From assembly GCA_023253175.1 (NCBI GenBank), contig JALRHH010000002.1, forward strand, positions 256,199-320,198: 64,000 nucleotides of DNA. Direction: 5' to 3'. This document shows positions 38,529-49,321 of the stretch, piece after piece. This stretch comes from Candidatus Saccharimonadia bacterium. GTDB taxonomy: Bacteria; Patescibacteriota; Saccharimonadia; Saccharimonadales; JALRHH01. Both the position numbers and the translations under genes were made by a program. Below the pieces are notes generated by a model that was not told the origin of the DNA, searched no databases, and saw nothing but the letters and a program-made list of their open reading frames with translations. Position 1 is the first letter of the stretch. Each line of letters starts with the position of its first letter.

Positions 38529-39128
38529 ATGAGCTTTGTTCTTATTGGACTTTCGGGAACAAACGGCAGTGGCAAGGATACAATCGGCCATATGCTGGCA
38601 GAGCGTCACAATTTTCTTTTCATCTCGGCAAGTGATTTGCTCCGAGATGAGGCACGGGCTAGGGGTGAGGAGCCAACCCGTGAAATTCTCCGTACAATTA
38701 GCGCAGAGTGGCGCCGTGAATCTGGACATCTTGGTGTACTAGTGGACAAAGCTGTTGAGCAGTACAGCCAAGTTGCAGATATGTATCCCGGTGGACTTGT
38801 TGTCGTGAGTCTTCGCAACCCAGGTGAGGCCGATCGCATCCATGAAATGGATGGTGTGATGGTATGGGCAGATGCCGACCAGAAAGTCCGATACGACCGT
38901 ATTATGGCACACGCAGCGGCGCGTAACCGCGCAGGTGAAGATAACAGGACATTTGAGCAGTTTCAGCTTGAGGAGGCCGCGGAGATGACGAGTAGCGGCG
39001 ACACGGCAACCCTTAATATGTCTGCCGTAAAAGAGCGCTCCGATATTTTTATCACGAATGATGGTGATGATATTGATGCGTTTAAGGACGAGGCAGAGCT
39101 CGCGCTTAAGCTCGAAAATATTCTCTAG
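38529..39128 (+). CDS. P-loop nucleotide kinase (dephospho-CoA/NMP kinase-like)
   Basis: IGLSGTNGSGKDT Walker A; R..R lid motif. Confidence 0.8.
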   Translation: MSFVLIGLSGTNGSGKDTIGHMLAERHNFLFISASDLLRDEARARGEEPTREILRTISAEWRRESGHLGVLVDKAVEQYSQVADMYPGGLVVVSLRNPGEADRIHEMDGVMVWADADQKVRYDRIMAHAAARNRAGEDNRTFEQFQLEEAAEMTSSGDTATLNMSAVKERSDIFITNDGDDIDAFKDEAELALKLENIL

Positions 39129-39146
39129 CAGAGGTATACTTATAAG

Positions 39147-40253
39147 ATGTCCAAAACGACTTTTTCATCTGATACTTCAATCTTTACGGATAAATTAGCA
39201 AGCTACAAGCAGCTTATTGATAGCGACATTGATGCTTTTGTTCAGAAATTAGAGCGCGAAACACTGCAGCACTATGGTGCATATGCACGGCTCGCGATTG
39301 ATGCGTATGGCAGTATTTTGCAGCGCGGTGGCAAGCGGATCCGGGGTAGCCTCGCGATGGTTGCCTATGAAATGGCAGGGGGCAAGAACCGGGTACTTAG
39401 CCTACAGTTGGCACGTGTTCTTGAGATGCTCCACGCCTATATTTTGATTGTTGATGACTTTCAGGATCGATCACATGTCAGACGCGGCGGTCCAGCGGCG
39501 CACACATTATTGGCTCAGTATCACAGCCGCCATGAGCTTGCAGGGGATAGTGAACATTTCGGTGCGTCAATTGCCATGAACGCTGCGTTGGCGGGCAATC
39601 ACTTGGCACAGCAAGCTATCGCAGAAATGGATGTTTCTTCAGAGGTAAAACTAAAAATTAGTAGTATGATTAACGGCACAATGGTCACCACGGCTCATGG
39701 ACAGACAAGTGACATTATTAATGAAGTCGTTGCCGATGTCCCGATGCAGGATATTGAAAATGTACTTGAATGGAAGACTGCCCACTACACATTTTTGAAC
39801 CCATTGACTGCAGGCTTGGCACTGGCGGGCGCTGATCAGGAGGCTCCTGAAAAAATCCACGCATACGCAATGCATGCAGGTAAGGCATTCCAGATTACTG
39901 ACGATATTCTTGGCACCTTCGGCAGTGAATTCGAAAGCGGTAAGAGCCCGATGGACGATATCCGAGAAGGTAAACGAACCCTCATCATTGCCCATGCGTT
40001 AGAGCATACAGGTAACGGAAATAAGAACTTTCTTGTTCGCATGCTCGGTAACGAATCAATTACCCCAGTGGAATTCGAGCGCTGCAAGGACATATTAGTA
40101 GAATCGGGTGCGCTAGAGTATGCCCAGCAACAGTCAAAGACACATGTCGACGCTGCTCTCGAGGCACTCCTGAATCCGCCTACGTCATGGAATTCAGACG
40201 GTGTGGATTTCCTTCGTAGGCTTGCGCAGCAGCTCCTCGGTCGCACTAAATAA
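39147..40253 (+). CDS. Polyprenyl diphosphate synthase
   Basis: GGKRIR, DDFQD...RRG, KTAHYT, FQITDDILG, DDIREGK. Confidence 0.93.
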   Translation: MSKTTFSSDTSIFTDKLASYKQLIDSDIDAFVQKLERETLQHYGAYARLAIDAYGSILQRGGKRIRGSLAMVAYEMAGGKNRVLSLQLARVLEMLHAYILIVDDFQDRSHVRRGGPAAHTLLAQYHSRHELAGDSEHFGASIAMNAALAGNHLAQQAIAEMDVSSEVKLKISSMINGTMVTTAHGQTSDIINEVVADVPMQDIENVLEWKTAHYTFLNPLTAGLALAGADQEAPEKIHAYAMHAGKAFQITDDILGTFGSEFESGKSPMDDIREGKRTLIIAHALEHTGNGNKNFLVRMLGNESITPVEFERCKDILVESGALEYAQQQSKTHVDAALEALLNPPTSWNSDGVDFLRRLAQQLLGRTK

Positions 40254-40307
40254 TTGAATAACAGTAAGCATTTTTCCTGCTACCCATAACGGCGTATACT
40301 ATCTGTA

Positions 40308-42971
40308 ATGGCAGAAGGACGAAAAAAGCTCGCGGTTATTGACGGTAAGTCGGTTTTTTACCGTGGATACTACGCGATGCCTAATCTCGCGACCAGGGAA
40401 GGCGTGCCAACAGGCGGCGTATATGGCTTTGCGGTGATGGCTCTTGAGGTCATTAAGATGCTGAAACCTGATTACGTCTGTGTGGCGTGGGATAAGCCAA
40501 AGACCAATATTCGTAAGCGGCTCGAGATGTACCCTGAATACAAGGCTGGCCGTAAACCGCCACCACCAGATTTCTATACTCAAATTCCAATGCTGCATGA
40601 ACTGCTCGAAGCATTTGGTTGGCCGCTGTACGAACTTGATGACTACGAGGCCGACGATATCATGGGCACGCTTGCAACACAGGCTGCCAAAGAGGACATC
40701 GAATCTATGCTCATCACATCCGACATGGACATGCTGCAGCTGGTTGATCCTCATATTCACGTGTTTGCGCTGAAAAAGGGTCTCAGTAACATCGAGCTCT
40801 ACAGTCCAGCGAGCTTCACTGCAAAGTACGGCATCCGCCCAGATCAATTCCTGGATCTTAAGGCCTTAAAGGGCGATAGTTCAGACAATATTCCTGGCGT
40901 ACCTGGTATTGGCGAAAAGGGTGGTATTGACCTGCTTAAGGCGTATGAAACCTTAGACGGTGTGTACGAGAACCTACCACTCCTTAAAGATGGTGTTCGA
41001 AAGAAGCTAGAAGCAGGCAAGGACCTGGCGTACTTGAGCAAAAAAATTGCTGCAATCTGGACTGATGCGCCCATTGACCTGGATCTCGAAGCGCTCGATG
41101 TTAATAAATGTGAGCCAGAAAAGATTCTGGAACTACTGCGCCGATTTGAATTTAGGACGCTTGCGCGGCAGCTTCCCGAGATCATGGCCGTTAAGGACGA
41201 CGGAGGTGTGCCACAGACAGGTGACATTCAGCTTGGTGTTATGCCAAAGAATACGGTGATTGCTTCTGACGAAGATCTCCGGGCGACTGCCGCGCCAATT
41301 CTAGGTGCCGAGCGTCTGGTACTTGTCGGGAGATCGCAGGGTAAGCACGGTAACCGTCCTGAGGTGTTGCTCGTTAGTCCTGATACAAAAAATTTGTATA
41401 CACTTGATCTCAAGGAAATTTCAAAAGAAGTACTCGTTGAAGTACTTGGCCCAGTTTTAGCGAATAAAGCCATTCCAAAAATCGGCCACGATATTAAAAA
41501 TACGCTCCAAATTTGTTATGAACTGGGGCTTGAAGTCGATGGCATCGGCCATGACACACAGATTGGTGCGTTCCTGCTGAATGCACTCCGCAAAGACCTG
41601 TCCCTAAGTGAACTTGCGTTTGCGGAACTGGGATACGAGGCTTCAGATTTGAGTAGTCTTGACCCAGAAGAGTTTGTATCACGAAGCCCAGAGATCATTG
41701 CTATTATCCATGCGCTTGCCGACAAGCAGGCTAAGGACCTTGCGGCCATTCCAAAACTCAAAGACCTGGCAGAGAAGATAGAATGGCCGGTTATTGCAGT
41801 ACTTGCGCGCATGGAGCACGAAGGTATTAAACTCGACACCAGTTATCTCGATACGATGTCGAAACAGCTTACGGATTACATTAGTGATGTCGAGCAGCAG
41901 ATTTATGGCCATGCTGACCAAGAGTTCAATATTGGTTCGCCGTCGCAGCTGGCAGATATTTTGTTCAACAAGTTGCAGCTACCAACTCAAGGCGTGAAAA
42001 AGGGAAAGACCGGTTACTCAACAGCCGCTAATGAGCTGGATAAGCTCCGGGCCGCACACCCAATTATTAATCTCATTACGCAGTACCGCGAATACACAAA
42101 ACTCAAGAGTACCTACGTTGACACGCTGCCGCACATGGTCGATAGCCGTTCGCGTGTGCACACAACCTTTGCGCTGACCGTGGCCCAGACCGGTCGTCTC
42201 AGTAGCAATGACCCGAATCTACAGAATATCCCAGTTCGTACGGAACTCGGCAAGCATATTCGCACGGCGTTTGTGGCAGGAAAGGGCAATGTGCTTGTTA
42301 GTGCCGATTACTCGCAGTTTGAACTCCGCCTCGCCGCATATCTTGCCAATGATACGGAATTAATCGAAATGTTCAACAATGGTGCAGATATCCATACCGC
42401 AACAGCTGCACAGGTATATAATCGCCAGCCAGACGAGGTTAGCAAGCAAATGCGCCGCGATGCCAAGGTTATTAACTTTGGTGTGCTGTACGGCATGAGC
42501 CCGCACGGCTTGTCGATTGCGACGGGTATGACGTTATCTGCTGCCAAGACATTTATTGATAAGTATTTCGAGCTTAGAAAGCCGCTGCTTGATTACATGA
42601 ACCACCTCAAGGAGCTGGCACATCAGCAGGGCTATGTTGAAACACTGTTTGGTCGCCGCCGGCCAACACCAGATGTAAACTCGTCTAACTTTGTTGTGCG
42701 CCAAGCTGCAGAACGCGCTGCTATTAACATGCCGATCCAGGGAACAGAAGCAGATCTGATGAAACTAGCAATGGTTCAGGTGGATGAAAGGCTGAAGGGC
42801 ACCCAGGCTAAACAGCTGCTCCAGATCCATGACTCAATCCTGATTGAATGTCCCGAAGCGGACGGCGAAAAGATCGCACATATGCTAAAAGAAACCATGG
42901 AAAACGTCCACAAACTACCAGTTGCTCTTACGGTGGATACAACCATAGGCAAAAACTGGGGCGAACTATGA
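40308..42971 (+). CDS. polA: DNA polymerase I
   Basis: 5'-3' exonuclease (YEADD, GDSSDNIPG), TGRLSS.DPNLQNIP, ADYSQFELR, QIHD. Confidence 0.98.
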   Translation: MAEGRKKLAVIDGKSVFYRGYYAMPNLATREGVPTGGVYGFAVMALEVIKMLKPDYVCVAWDKPKTNIRKRLEMYPEYKAGRKPPPPDFYTQIPMLHELLEAFGWPLYELDDYEADDIMGTLATQAAKEDIESMLITSDMDMLQLVDPHIHVFALKKGLSNIELYSPASFTAKYGIRPDQFLDLKALKGDSSDNIPGVPGIGEKGGIDLLKAYETLDGVYENLPLLKDGVRKKLEAGKDLAYLSKKIAAIWTDAPIDLDLEALDVNKCEPEKILELLRRFEFRTLARQLPEIMAVKDDGGVPQTGDIQLGVMPKNTVIASDEDLRATAAPILGAERLVLVGRSQGKHGNRPEVLLVSPDTKNLYTLDLKEISKEVLVEVLGPVLANKAIPKIGHDIKNTLQICYELGLEVDGIGHDTQIGAFLLNALRKDLSLSELAFAELGYEASDLSSLDPEEFVSRSPEIIAIIHALADKQAKDLAAIPKLKDLAEKIEWPVIAVLARMEHEGIKLDTSYLDTMSKQLTDYISDVEQQIYGHADQEFNIGSPSQLADILFNKLQLPTQGVKKGKTGYSTAANELDKLRAAHPIINLITQYREYTKLKSTYVDTLPHMVDSRSRVHTTFALTVAQTGRLSSNDPNLQNIPVRTELGKHIRTAFVAGKGNVLVSADYSQFELRLAAYLANDTELIEMFNNGADIHTATAAQVYNRQPDEVSKQMRRDAKVINFGVLYGMSPHGLSIATGMTLSAAKTFIDKYFELRKPLLDYMNHLKELAHQQGYVETLFGRRRPTPDVNSSNFVVRQAAERAAINMPIQGTEADLMKLAMVQVDERLKGTQAKQLLQIHDSILIECPEADGEKIAHMLKETMENVHKLPVALTVDTTIGKNWGEL

Positions 42972-43405
42972 CCGTTAAATTATTTCATGTTGGCATCAAG
43001 GCACTGGTTAAGAATGATGCAGGCAAGTATTTATTACTTCAGGTTAACCCCGCAAAACTGAGCGGAAAACAGGAAGCGTACTGGGATATTCCTGGCGGCC
43101 GTATAGAAGAAGATGGCTCGGTAGCAGAGACGCTCAGTAGGGAAGTCTTCGAAGAGCTCGGTGTCGGTATAAAAGGCGATCCGGAGTTTTTTACGGCAGT
43201 GGTTTCAAATATAGAAATACCGACTGACTCCGGCAAGGTCGGATTGGCTTTGATGGTTTATACGGTCAAGCTAGCAAGCACAGATATACTTATAAGCGAC
43301 GAGCACATAGGTTACGAATGGGTCGCACCGGAAGTAGCCGCAGAGCGATTAGGCCATAAATATCCAACCGAATTTACATATCGACTGAGTGAAGACATCT
43401 CCTGA
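42968..43405 (+). CDS. NUDIX hydrolase
   Basis: WDIPGGRIEEDGSVAETLSREVFEELG Nudix box. Confidence 0.9.
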   Translation: MTVKLFHVGIKALVKNDAGKYLLLQVNPAKLSGKQEAYWDIPGGRIEEDGSVAETLSREVFEELGVGIKGDPEFFTAVVSNIEIPTDSGKVGLALMVYTVKLASTDILISDEHIGYEWVAPEVAAERLGHKYPTEFTYRLSEDIS

Positions 43406-43512
43406 GAAAAATCTTACAGCTTTTCGGGTTAATACGCGGAATACTGGAACTACTATTTGGGTAGGCGTTTCGGTTTGTGATTATTGTCTTGCCCATTCTT
43501 GAAGGAGGGGTT

Positions 43513-43779
43513 ATGTCAGCAGCGGTTATGGAGAGAGAAGGGGGTGACGATAGAAAACCCGAGATACTAATAGAGCGACTGCATGAGATGCTAAGCCAAC
43601 CGGATATTCCAGAGCCCGTATATGATTCTAGTGAACTACGCCCGGCGGTAGGAGAGTTTGCTGTGGTTCCTTTAGGTAGGGAGCGCCTACCTCACTACCC
43701 CAGGGTTCTTGGGCGAGTTGCAACACGTCGGGTGCACATGAGGCAATCGGCCCCGCCGCCTAATATATACAAAGGCTAA
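43513..43779 (+). CDS. Hypothetical protein
   Basis: Strong GAAGGAGGGG SD before ATG. Confidence 0.5.
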   Translation: MSAAVMEREGGDDRKPEILIERLHEMLSQPDIPEPVYDSSELRPAVGEFAVVPLGRERLPHYPRVLGRVATRRVHMRQSAPPPNIYKG

Positions 43780-43961
43780 TCGTCAGAGGTTTTCTTGCCA
43801 CCACGTAAACTAATGGCCAAAACTATACCGACAAGCAGTAGGCTGATGCCTAGGGTGATAATCAGAAGGGCGCTGTAGTTGAGTGTCTCTGCCTGGGTAG
43901 TAGCTGCCTGTACGGCTTCTTCGGTTTGATGATCATGACCTGCGTGTGCAATATTAAACAT
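43776..43961 (-). CDS. Small membrane protein with N-terminal His motif (AHAGHDH)
   Basis: 61 aa, one TM helix, leaderless -10 TAGAAT. Confidence 0.6.
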   Translation of the reverse strand: MFNIAHAGHDHQTEEAVQAATTQAETLNYSALLIITLGISLLLVGIVLAISLRGGKKTSDD

Positions 43962-44048
43962 AAGCTTATTCTAACACGTGTCTGTTGGTGAGCCGATACA
44001 ACCATAAACACTATTGCATAACTTGCATATCTGTGATATAATATAGTT

Positions 44049-44609
44049 ATGGTTAAGTATGTGATAGGTGCAATCAGCACGATTTTATTACTAGTTTTGG
44101 TATTTGTCTTTGTGGTAAACAGGGGTGATGACCAGAGTTCTACAAACACACCTAAGGTTCTAAAGCTCGTTGACTATGCCGAGAAGGACAGTCATGTGAC
44201 ATTTCAGACGGATGGTAGGCTCGTGGGCGAAGAAGAGCGCCGTTCAGTACGTATTACTGTATCTGCAAATGAGCGTCGTCTTGAGGTTCTCAGTGGCTAC
44301 AACAACGATGTAATTAACAGTCAATCATTCCCAAATACACAAGCTGCCTATGCCGCATTCCTCAGTGGTCTGAGTGGGCAAGGTTTCATGCAGTCAAAGA
44401 AGACTTCAGTGACTAATCCGCTGAGCGTCTGTGTTAACGGCAAGCACTATTACTACACCGTCACGGATGGTAACGACAAGAAGTCCGACCTGTGGTCAGT
44501 AAGCTGCGACAAAACTGGTACATTTGGTGGCCGCGCTAACGCAACCCGTGAGCTTTTCCAGCGCCAGATTCCTGAATACAATCAGCTGACTCAGGGCGTA
44601 AAGCTTTAG
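44049..44609 (+). CDS. Membrane-anchored/secreted hypothetical protein
   Basis: N-terminal TM, two Cys; followed by terminator-like hairpin 44631-44657. Confidence 0.75.
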   Translation: MVKYVIGAISTILLLVLVFVFVVNRGDDQSSTNTPKVLKLVDYAEKDSHVTFQTDGRLVGEEERRSVRITVSANERRLEVLSGYNNDVINSQSFPNTQAAYAAFLSGLSGQGFMQSKKTSVTNPLSVCVNGKHYYYTVTDGNDKKSDLWSVSCDKTGTFGGRANATRELFQRQIPEYNQLTQGVKL

Positions 44610-44726
44610 CATAATCGGTTCTATGAGATAAAAACCAGGATTCATCTCCTGGTTTTTATTTTGCATTGCTTTTTGGCGCATGCGGGCGTATTACAAAAGT
44701 ACTATCTAATTTTGTAGGACAACACA

Positions 44727-45314
44727 ATGAACATAGTCGAATCGCACGCGGCTGTTACGCAGTTAGAGGCTAAAAAATCACCCGCCGAGACCTATCAAAC
44801 ATTTTATGATCTGTACGGGGAGGCGGCACTTCAACGGCGTGGCCCGAGCGGCTGGCATGTGGTTCTTGGGCGTGTTTTGCATTTTGATCTTAATGACAGC
44901 AGGGATGTACATGTCATGGTTGCACGGAGCAACGAAAGCATGAATCTGCCAATAAGGCGGCGCTATAGTTCTTTGGGTTTGCCCATGCACGAGGTGCCAT
45001 ATCGCGCCAGTGATTTCATGGTAGCGTCCACGGATGGCCAGGGTATTGCCGTATACGGAGTCAGGTCAGTCATGGGAATATATCGCAATCACATCAACGG
45101 TGTTGATAAACCGTACAACCCACAGTACGAGAAGCTACAGCTTCGCCTGGAATCGGAGCAGGGCGCTAGCCGAGCTGAATTTCAATATGCATCTGGTGAT
45201 GGAATATTCGAGCTTCATGGGTACCCTGCAGGCTGGATTCTAAGTGAGCTTGAGTCATCTCGCATCCAGGCGGGTATTCTGCAAGGTATCGGTCATGCGG
45301 CTATAGCCTCATAG
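44727..45314 (+). CDS. Hypothetical protein
   Basis: 195-aa ORF, no family recognised. Confidence 0.55.
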   Translation: MNIVESHAAVTQLEAKKSPAETYQTFYDLYGEAALQRRGPSGWHVVLGRVLHFDLNDSRDVHVMVARSNESMNLPIRRRYSSLGLPMHEVPYRASDFMVASTDGQGIAVYGVRSVMGIYRNHINGVDKPYNPQYEKLQLRLESEQGASRAEFQYASGDGIFELHGYPAGWILSELESSRIQAGILQGIGHAAIAS

Positions 45315-45340
45315 CCACCGGTACCTGTACAATAGGGCGG

Positions 45341-45913
45341 ATGGTGAAGGTGATAATTTTTGATTGTTTTGGTGTGCTGGCGACCGACATTTGGCTTGCA
45401 TTTTGCGAAAGCCTGCCGGCCACTGCAGACTTAGAACGTGCCCGTGACCTCAATAAAGCATTTGATCGAGGCATGATAACCCATCAAGAGTTTCTTGATG
45501 GAGTTTTCGAGGCGACTGGTCAGTATCCGCCAGATATAGAGCAACTTTCAGTCGGCCAGCTCGGCAAGAATACGCTACTTTTGGATGTTATTAGGACGCT
45601 GAAACCGCAGTATAAAATCGGGCTACTCAGTAACATATCGTCTGACTGGATTACTGAAGAGTTACTTTCAGCGGATGATCAGCGGCTATTTGATGACATG
45701 GTATTTTCGCACAAGGTTGGCCTGACGAAGCCAGACCCTCGTATCTATCAACTGGCCTGCGACAGGCTCGGTGTACTACCGGAAGAAGCCGTTATGGTTG
45801 ATGATCGGGCGGGGTATATCGATGCAGCCCGCGAGTTTGGTATGCAGGGGATTGTATATACAAGTCTTCCTGATTTCCAGGCAGACCTCGCCAATCTACT
45901 TAATACGAATTAA
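45341..45913 (+). CDS. HAD-IA family phosphatase
   Basis: IFDCFGVL, LLSN, KPDPRIY, MVDD. Confidence 0.9.
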   Translation: MVKVIIFDCFGVLATDIWLAFCESLPATADLERARDLNKAFDRGMITHQEFLDGVFEATGQYPPDIEQLSVGQLGKNTLLLDVIRTLKPQYKIGLLSNISSDWITEELLSADDQRLFDDMVFSHKVGLTKPDPRIYQLACDRLGVLPEEAVMVDDRAGYIDAAREFGMQGIVYTSLPDFQADLANLLNTN

Positions 45914-46135
45914 GAGCCTCTTATCGGTTTCGCAGCGGTCCTGAAGCTGCGGCAATAGCGGCCTCAGCGCTCCGGCCAAGGCAGCGCCCTTGACGCCAAT
46001 GATGATCTGTTTTTCCTGAATTGTGATCTCGGCAGGTTGGCCAAATTTTTCATCAATAAAGGCCTTGATGGCCGCTATTTCTGGCGGTTCTTCGCGCTTT
46101 CTGCTAGCCAGTAAATCCCCGAGTGAATTAGACAT
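45896..46135 (-). CDS. Small protein, possibly DciA/DUF721-like
   Basis: SLGDLL start; IIIGVKGAALAGALR resembles the DciA L.V.V.S.AWA.EL pattern. Confidence 0.5.
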   Translation of the reverse strand: MSNSLGDLLASRKREEPPEIAAIKAFIDEKFGQPAEITIQEKQIIIGVKGAALAGALRPLLPQLQDRCETDKRLLIRIK

Positions 46136-46300
46136 ATATACCCAGTATAGTCGGTTGTTGTGTGCTGCTCAACCTGGCTTTTTATACCGCTTATGATATG
46201 AATACAAATATAATGCTGTGAAAATATTCACAAACCTTGACGTGCCTACAGTACACAGGACTATACTGGAACTATTGTTAGATAAAACAAATAAGTAACT

Positions 46301-46771
46301 ATGTCATTTACACTCCCAAACCCATTCAAACCATCAGCCCCAGAAGCCTCGCCTCAGCCTGCAAGGCCACACGAATTTTCGGTGCCAGCCTTCGATAAGC
46401 GGGACGGGCTAAGCGTACTTCCGTATGACAATGGTATCGGCAAAGTTGCACGTGCGGCATTACAGCACTCTGGCGCGGCTATTTTACGCGAGGATTTCGG
46501 TATCAAAGATGAAATCGAAGCCAGGCACCGCGCTAATAATATCGGTGAACGATTAACGGATGCTGGTTATTATGCTTCGCGTGAACTGTACGAAACGGAT
46601 GATATCGATGCGGTATGGCGTGAACGTGCCGTGACGGGTGACGACGCGATGGTGACGCTACTTAGCCTGAAGCATTATGCTGAATCCAACCGGCACGACT
46701 TTTATGCGAATAGGGCAGCCGATGTACTCCAGGCAGTTGATCCAACATCTACCCGTATAGAGCTGAAATAG
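46301..46771 (+). CDS. Hypothetical protein
   Basis: Own TTGACG...TATACT promoter; Pro-rich N-terminus. Confidence 0.6.
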   Translation: MSFTLPNPFKPSAPEASPQPARPHEFSVPAFDKRDGLSVLPYDNGIGKVARAALQHSGAAILREDFGIKDEIEARHRANNIGERLTDAGYYASRELYETDDIDAVWRERAVTGDDAMVTLLSLKHYAESNRHDFYANRAADVLQAVDPTSTRIELK

Positions 46772-46786
46772 ATATAATACTCTGGT

Positions 46787-47653
46787 ATGCCGGAGTTGCC
46801 CGAAGTAGAGACCGTTCGAAGCGGACTCAGTAAACTGATCCCTGGAAAGAAAATCCAGGCTGTTTCTCATGATTGGCCAAAATCATTTCCTAATAGTGCG
46901 GCTGATGTAGAGAACTTCTTGATTGGCGCTACTATTTCTGATGTTCGCCGTCGTGCCAAAGTACTGATGATTGACTTGGATTCACAGTACAGTTTGGTTA
47001 TTCACCTAAAAATGACGGGGCAGATGGTATTTGTGGGTGAGCAAAGATTTGGGGCGGGCCACCCGAACGATAGTCTCGTGCAAGATCTTCCGGACAAATC
47101 CACAAGGGTCACTCTGGAGTTTACCGATGGTTCAAAATTATTCTTCAATGATCAGCGCAAATTTGGTTGGGTCAAGTTGATGCCTACCATAGAGATTCCA
47201 AATATCGATTTCATGAAGAAGGTTGGACCTGAACCGTTGTCAGTTGAATTTACATGGCAGACACTTCGTGACCGTATGCAGCGACGTAAAAACAGCAATA
47301 TAAAGGCCGTATTACTCGACCAGACCGTACTTGCGGGTATCGGTAATATCTATGCCGACGAGGGACTCTGGGGCGCGAAAATTCACCCAACGACGCTTGT
47401 GCGTGACCTTAAAGACGCTCAGATTAAACTCCTCCACCAGGAACTACAATATGTGTTGGCACTCGCGATAGAGAAGGGCGGTTCTAGCAATCATACTTAT
47501 GTAAATGCAGAGGGTAAAAAGGGCAGCTATATGGATTTCGCGCGAGTATTTCGGCGCGAAAAGCTACCGTGTCCTCGCTGCGGCACAACCATTGAAAAAT
47601 CAAAAGTTGCCGGCCGTGGCACCCATACCTGCCCAATCTGTCAGGCGCATTGA
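46787..47653 (+). CDS. mutM: Formamidopyrimidine-DNA glycosylase
   Basis: MPELPEVET, HLKMTG, GIGNIYADE, C4 zinc finger. Confidence 0.97.
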   Translation: MPELPEVETVRSGLSKLIPGKKIQAVSHDWPKSFPNSAADVENFLIGATISDVRRRAKVLMIDLDSQYSLVIHLKMTGQMVFVGEQRFGAGHPNDSLVQDLPDKSTRVTLEFTDGSKLFFNDQRKFGWVKLMPTIEIPNIDFMKKVGPEPLSVEFTWQTLRDRMQRRKNSNIKAVLLDQTVLAGIGNIYADEGLWGAKIHPTTLVRDLKDAQIKLLHQELQYVLALAIEKGGSSNHTYVNAEGKKGSYMDFARVFRREKLPCPRCGTTIEKSKVAGRGTHTCPICQAH

Positions 47654-47686
47654 TTTAAATTACATTATATTGTATAATTATACGAT

Positions 47687-48340
47687 ATGAGTGAACAAAT
47701 TGGAGTGATTCTCGAATCAGATCCAGTAATAGTTATCGATATTAGACTTGGCAAGGAGCTACATCCTGGCCAGGCTGTACGCGTCGATTATCGCAATTTG
47801 CGTGACACGCTGGATGCTGTCGGCGCTCCTGGTGACAGTAGCGAGCTTACTATTACATTTGCCTCAGATAACGACAACGATATGGATGGCAATAGGGGCG
47901 AATACAATATTGGCCGCAAAGAAATTACGGTTGCTGTTGAACCGGACGCCCTTGATGCAACCCAGGACACGCTGGAGCATGAAATCCAGCATTATGTAGA
48001 TGATCTCAGTGGCTATTTTGATAATGAGACCTGGCTTCACCGAAAGCTTTACCATACTTCTCGGGCTGCGCATCGGCACGAAAAAAAGCTTAATGCAGTT
48101 ATGGTGGCTCCCCCTGTTCCGGCGGCGCTCATCTCTGTCTACGAGATGGCTAAAAACCAGTCCCATGATTCCTTTAGTCTTGAGTGCCTCGTTCCTGCGG
48201 CCGTTGGTATTGGTACCGCAATGACAATTGAGCTTGGCCGTTCGGTACTTCAAAGTATTTACCACAGGGATCCTAGTGAAGTGCGGGCACGTCGGGCCGA
48301 AGAATCGATTATCTTGCCACCGACCGTCACGATTGCCTAA
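47687..48340 (+). CDS. Hypothetical HExxH metallopeptidase-like membrane protein
   Basis: G.Y...I....TLEHEIQH, distal E.RA, two hydrophobic segments. Confidence 0.6.
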   Translation: MSEQIGVILESDPVIVIDIRLGKELHPGQAVRVDYRNLRDTLDAVGAPGDSSELTITFASDNDNDMDGNRGEYNIGRKEITVAVEPDALDATQDTLEHEIQHYVDDLSGYFDNETWLHRKLYHTSRAAHRHEKKLNAVMVAPPVPAALISVYEMAKNQSHDSFSLECLVPAAVGIGTAMTIELGRSVLQSIYHRDPSEVRARRAEESIILPPTVTIA

Positions 48341-48361
48341 AGTAGCGTATAATTGGCATAC

Positions 48362-49276
48362 GTGATTACGGTGCTAACAGGCGAAAATAGTTTTATGCTT
48401 CAGGCTGAGCTGCGGCGTATTGTTGACGGCTTTGTGAGTGAGCATGGCGACATGGTCTTGGAGCAATTTGACGGGGAAGAGGCGGACTTTGACCGCATGC
48501 GGGAATCCCTACAGGCGATGCCATTTCTAGCGAGTAATAAGCTCGTTGTTCTACGTAAGCCAAGTAGCAATAAGCAGTTCGTAGAAGCGGCCGAGTCGCT
48601 GCTTACGGATATTCCGGAATCAACGGAAGTTATATTGGTGGAACCAAAACTTGATAAACGCCTTGGCTATTACAAATTCCTAAAAAAACACGCAGATATG
48701 AAGACGTTTGATGAGCTGGACGGCCCAAAGCTCGCGGCTTGGTTGTCTGATGAAGCCAAACGGCTGGGTGGTGGCCTGGGCCGCTCTGATGCGTCGTACC
48801 TGGTAAACAGAGTCGGGATCAATCAACAGTTATTATCAGGCGAGATTCAAAAACTTCTTAGCTACGACAAAGCTATTACCAAAGAAACAATTGATCTCCT
48901 GACAGAACGAACGCCGCAAAGCACGACGTTTGATCTACTGGATGCGGCTCTGGCGGGCAGGCACAAGCAGGCGCTTGAACTGTATGCCGAGCAGCGGTCT
49001 ATGAAGGTAGAACCGCAGCAGATCATAGCGCTGCTTGGGTGGCAGCTCCATGCTTTGGCGCTGGTTAAGTCAGCAGGGAATATGGACGCAAATACAATTG
49101 CCAGCAAGGCAAAGCTGAATCCTTACGTGGTGCGCAAAACACAGGGCGTTGCCAGTCGATTATCAATGGCAGAAGTCAAAGAATTAGTACACACTGTGCG
49201 AGTGCTTGATCAGCGGATGAAGTCAGAGGCGATAGATGCCGATGAGGCCCTCCAGAATTTGATAATAGCCCTCTAG
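48362..49276 (+). CDS. holA: DNA polymerase III delta subunit
   Basis: LTGENSF, PFLASNKLVV, EIQKL, FDLLDA; adjacent to rpsT. Confidence 0.9.
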   Translation: MITVLTGENSFMLQAELRRIVDGFVSEHGDMVLEQFDGEEADFDRMRESLQAMPFLASNKLVVLRKPSSNKQFVEAAESLLTDIPESTEVILVEPKLDKRLGYYKFLKKHADMKTFDELDGPKLAAWLSDEAKRLGGGLGRSDASYLVNRVGINQQLLSGEIQKLLSYDKAITKETIDLLTERTPQSTTFDLLDAALAGRHKQALELYAEQRSMKVEPQQIIALLGWQLHALALVKSAGNMDANTIASKAKLNPYVVRKTQGVASRLSMAEVKELVHTVRVLDQRMKSEAIDADEALQNLIIAL

Positions 49277-49321
49277 GCTATGACATTGACTAATAATAGT
49301 ATATATAGTATAATCATATTT

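Noticed and set aside
43441..46274. 12-bp repeat atactggaacta at 43441 and 46263
   Set aside because: Overlaps -10 boxes, only two copies; insufficient evidence
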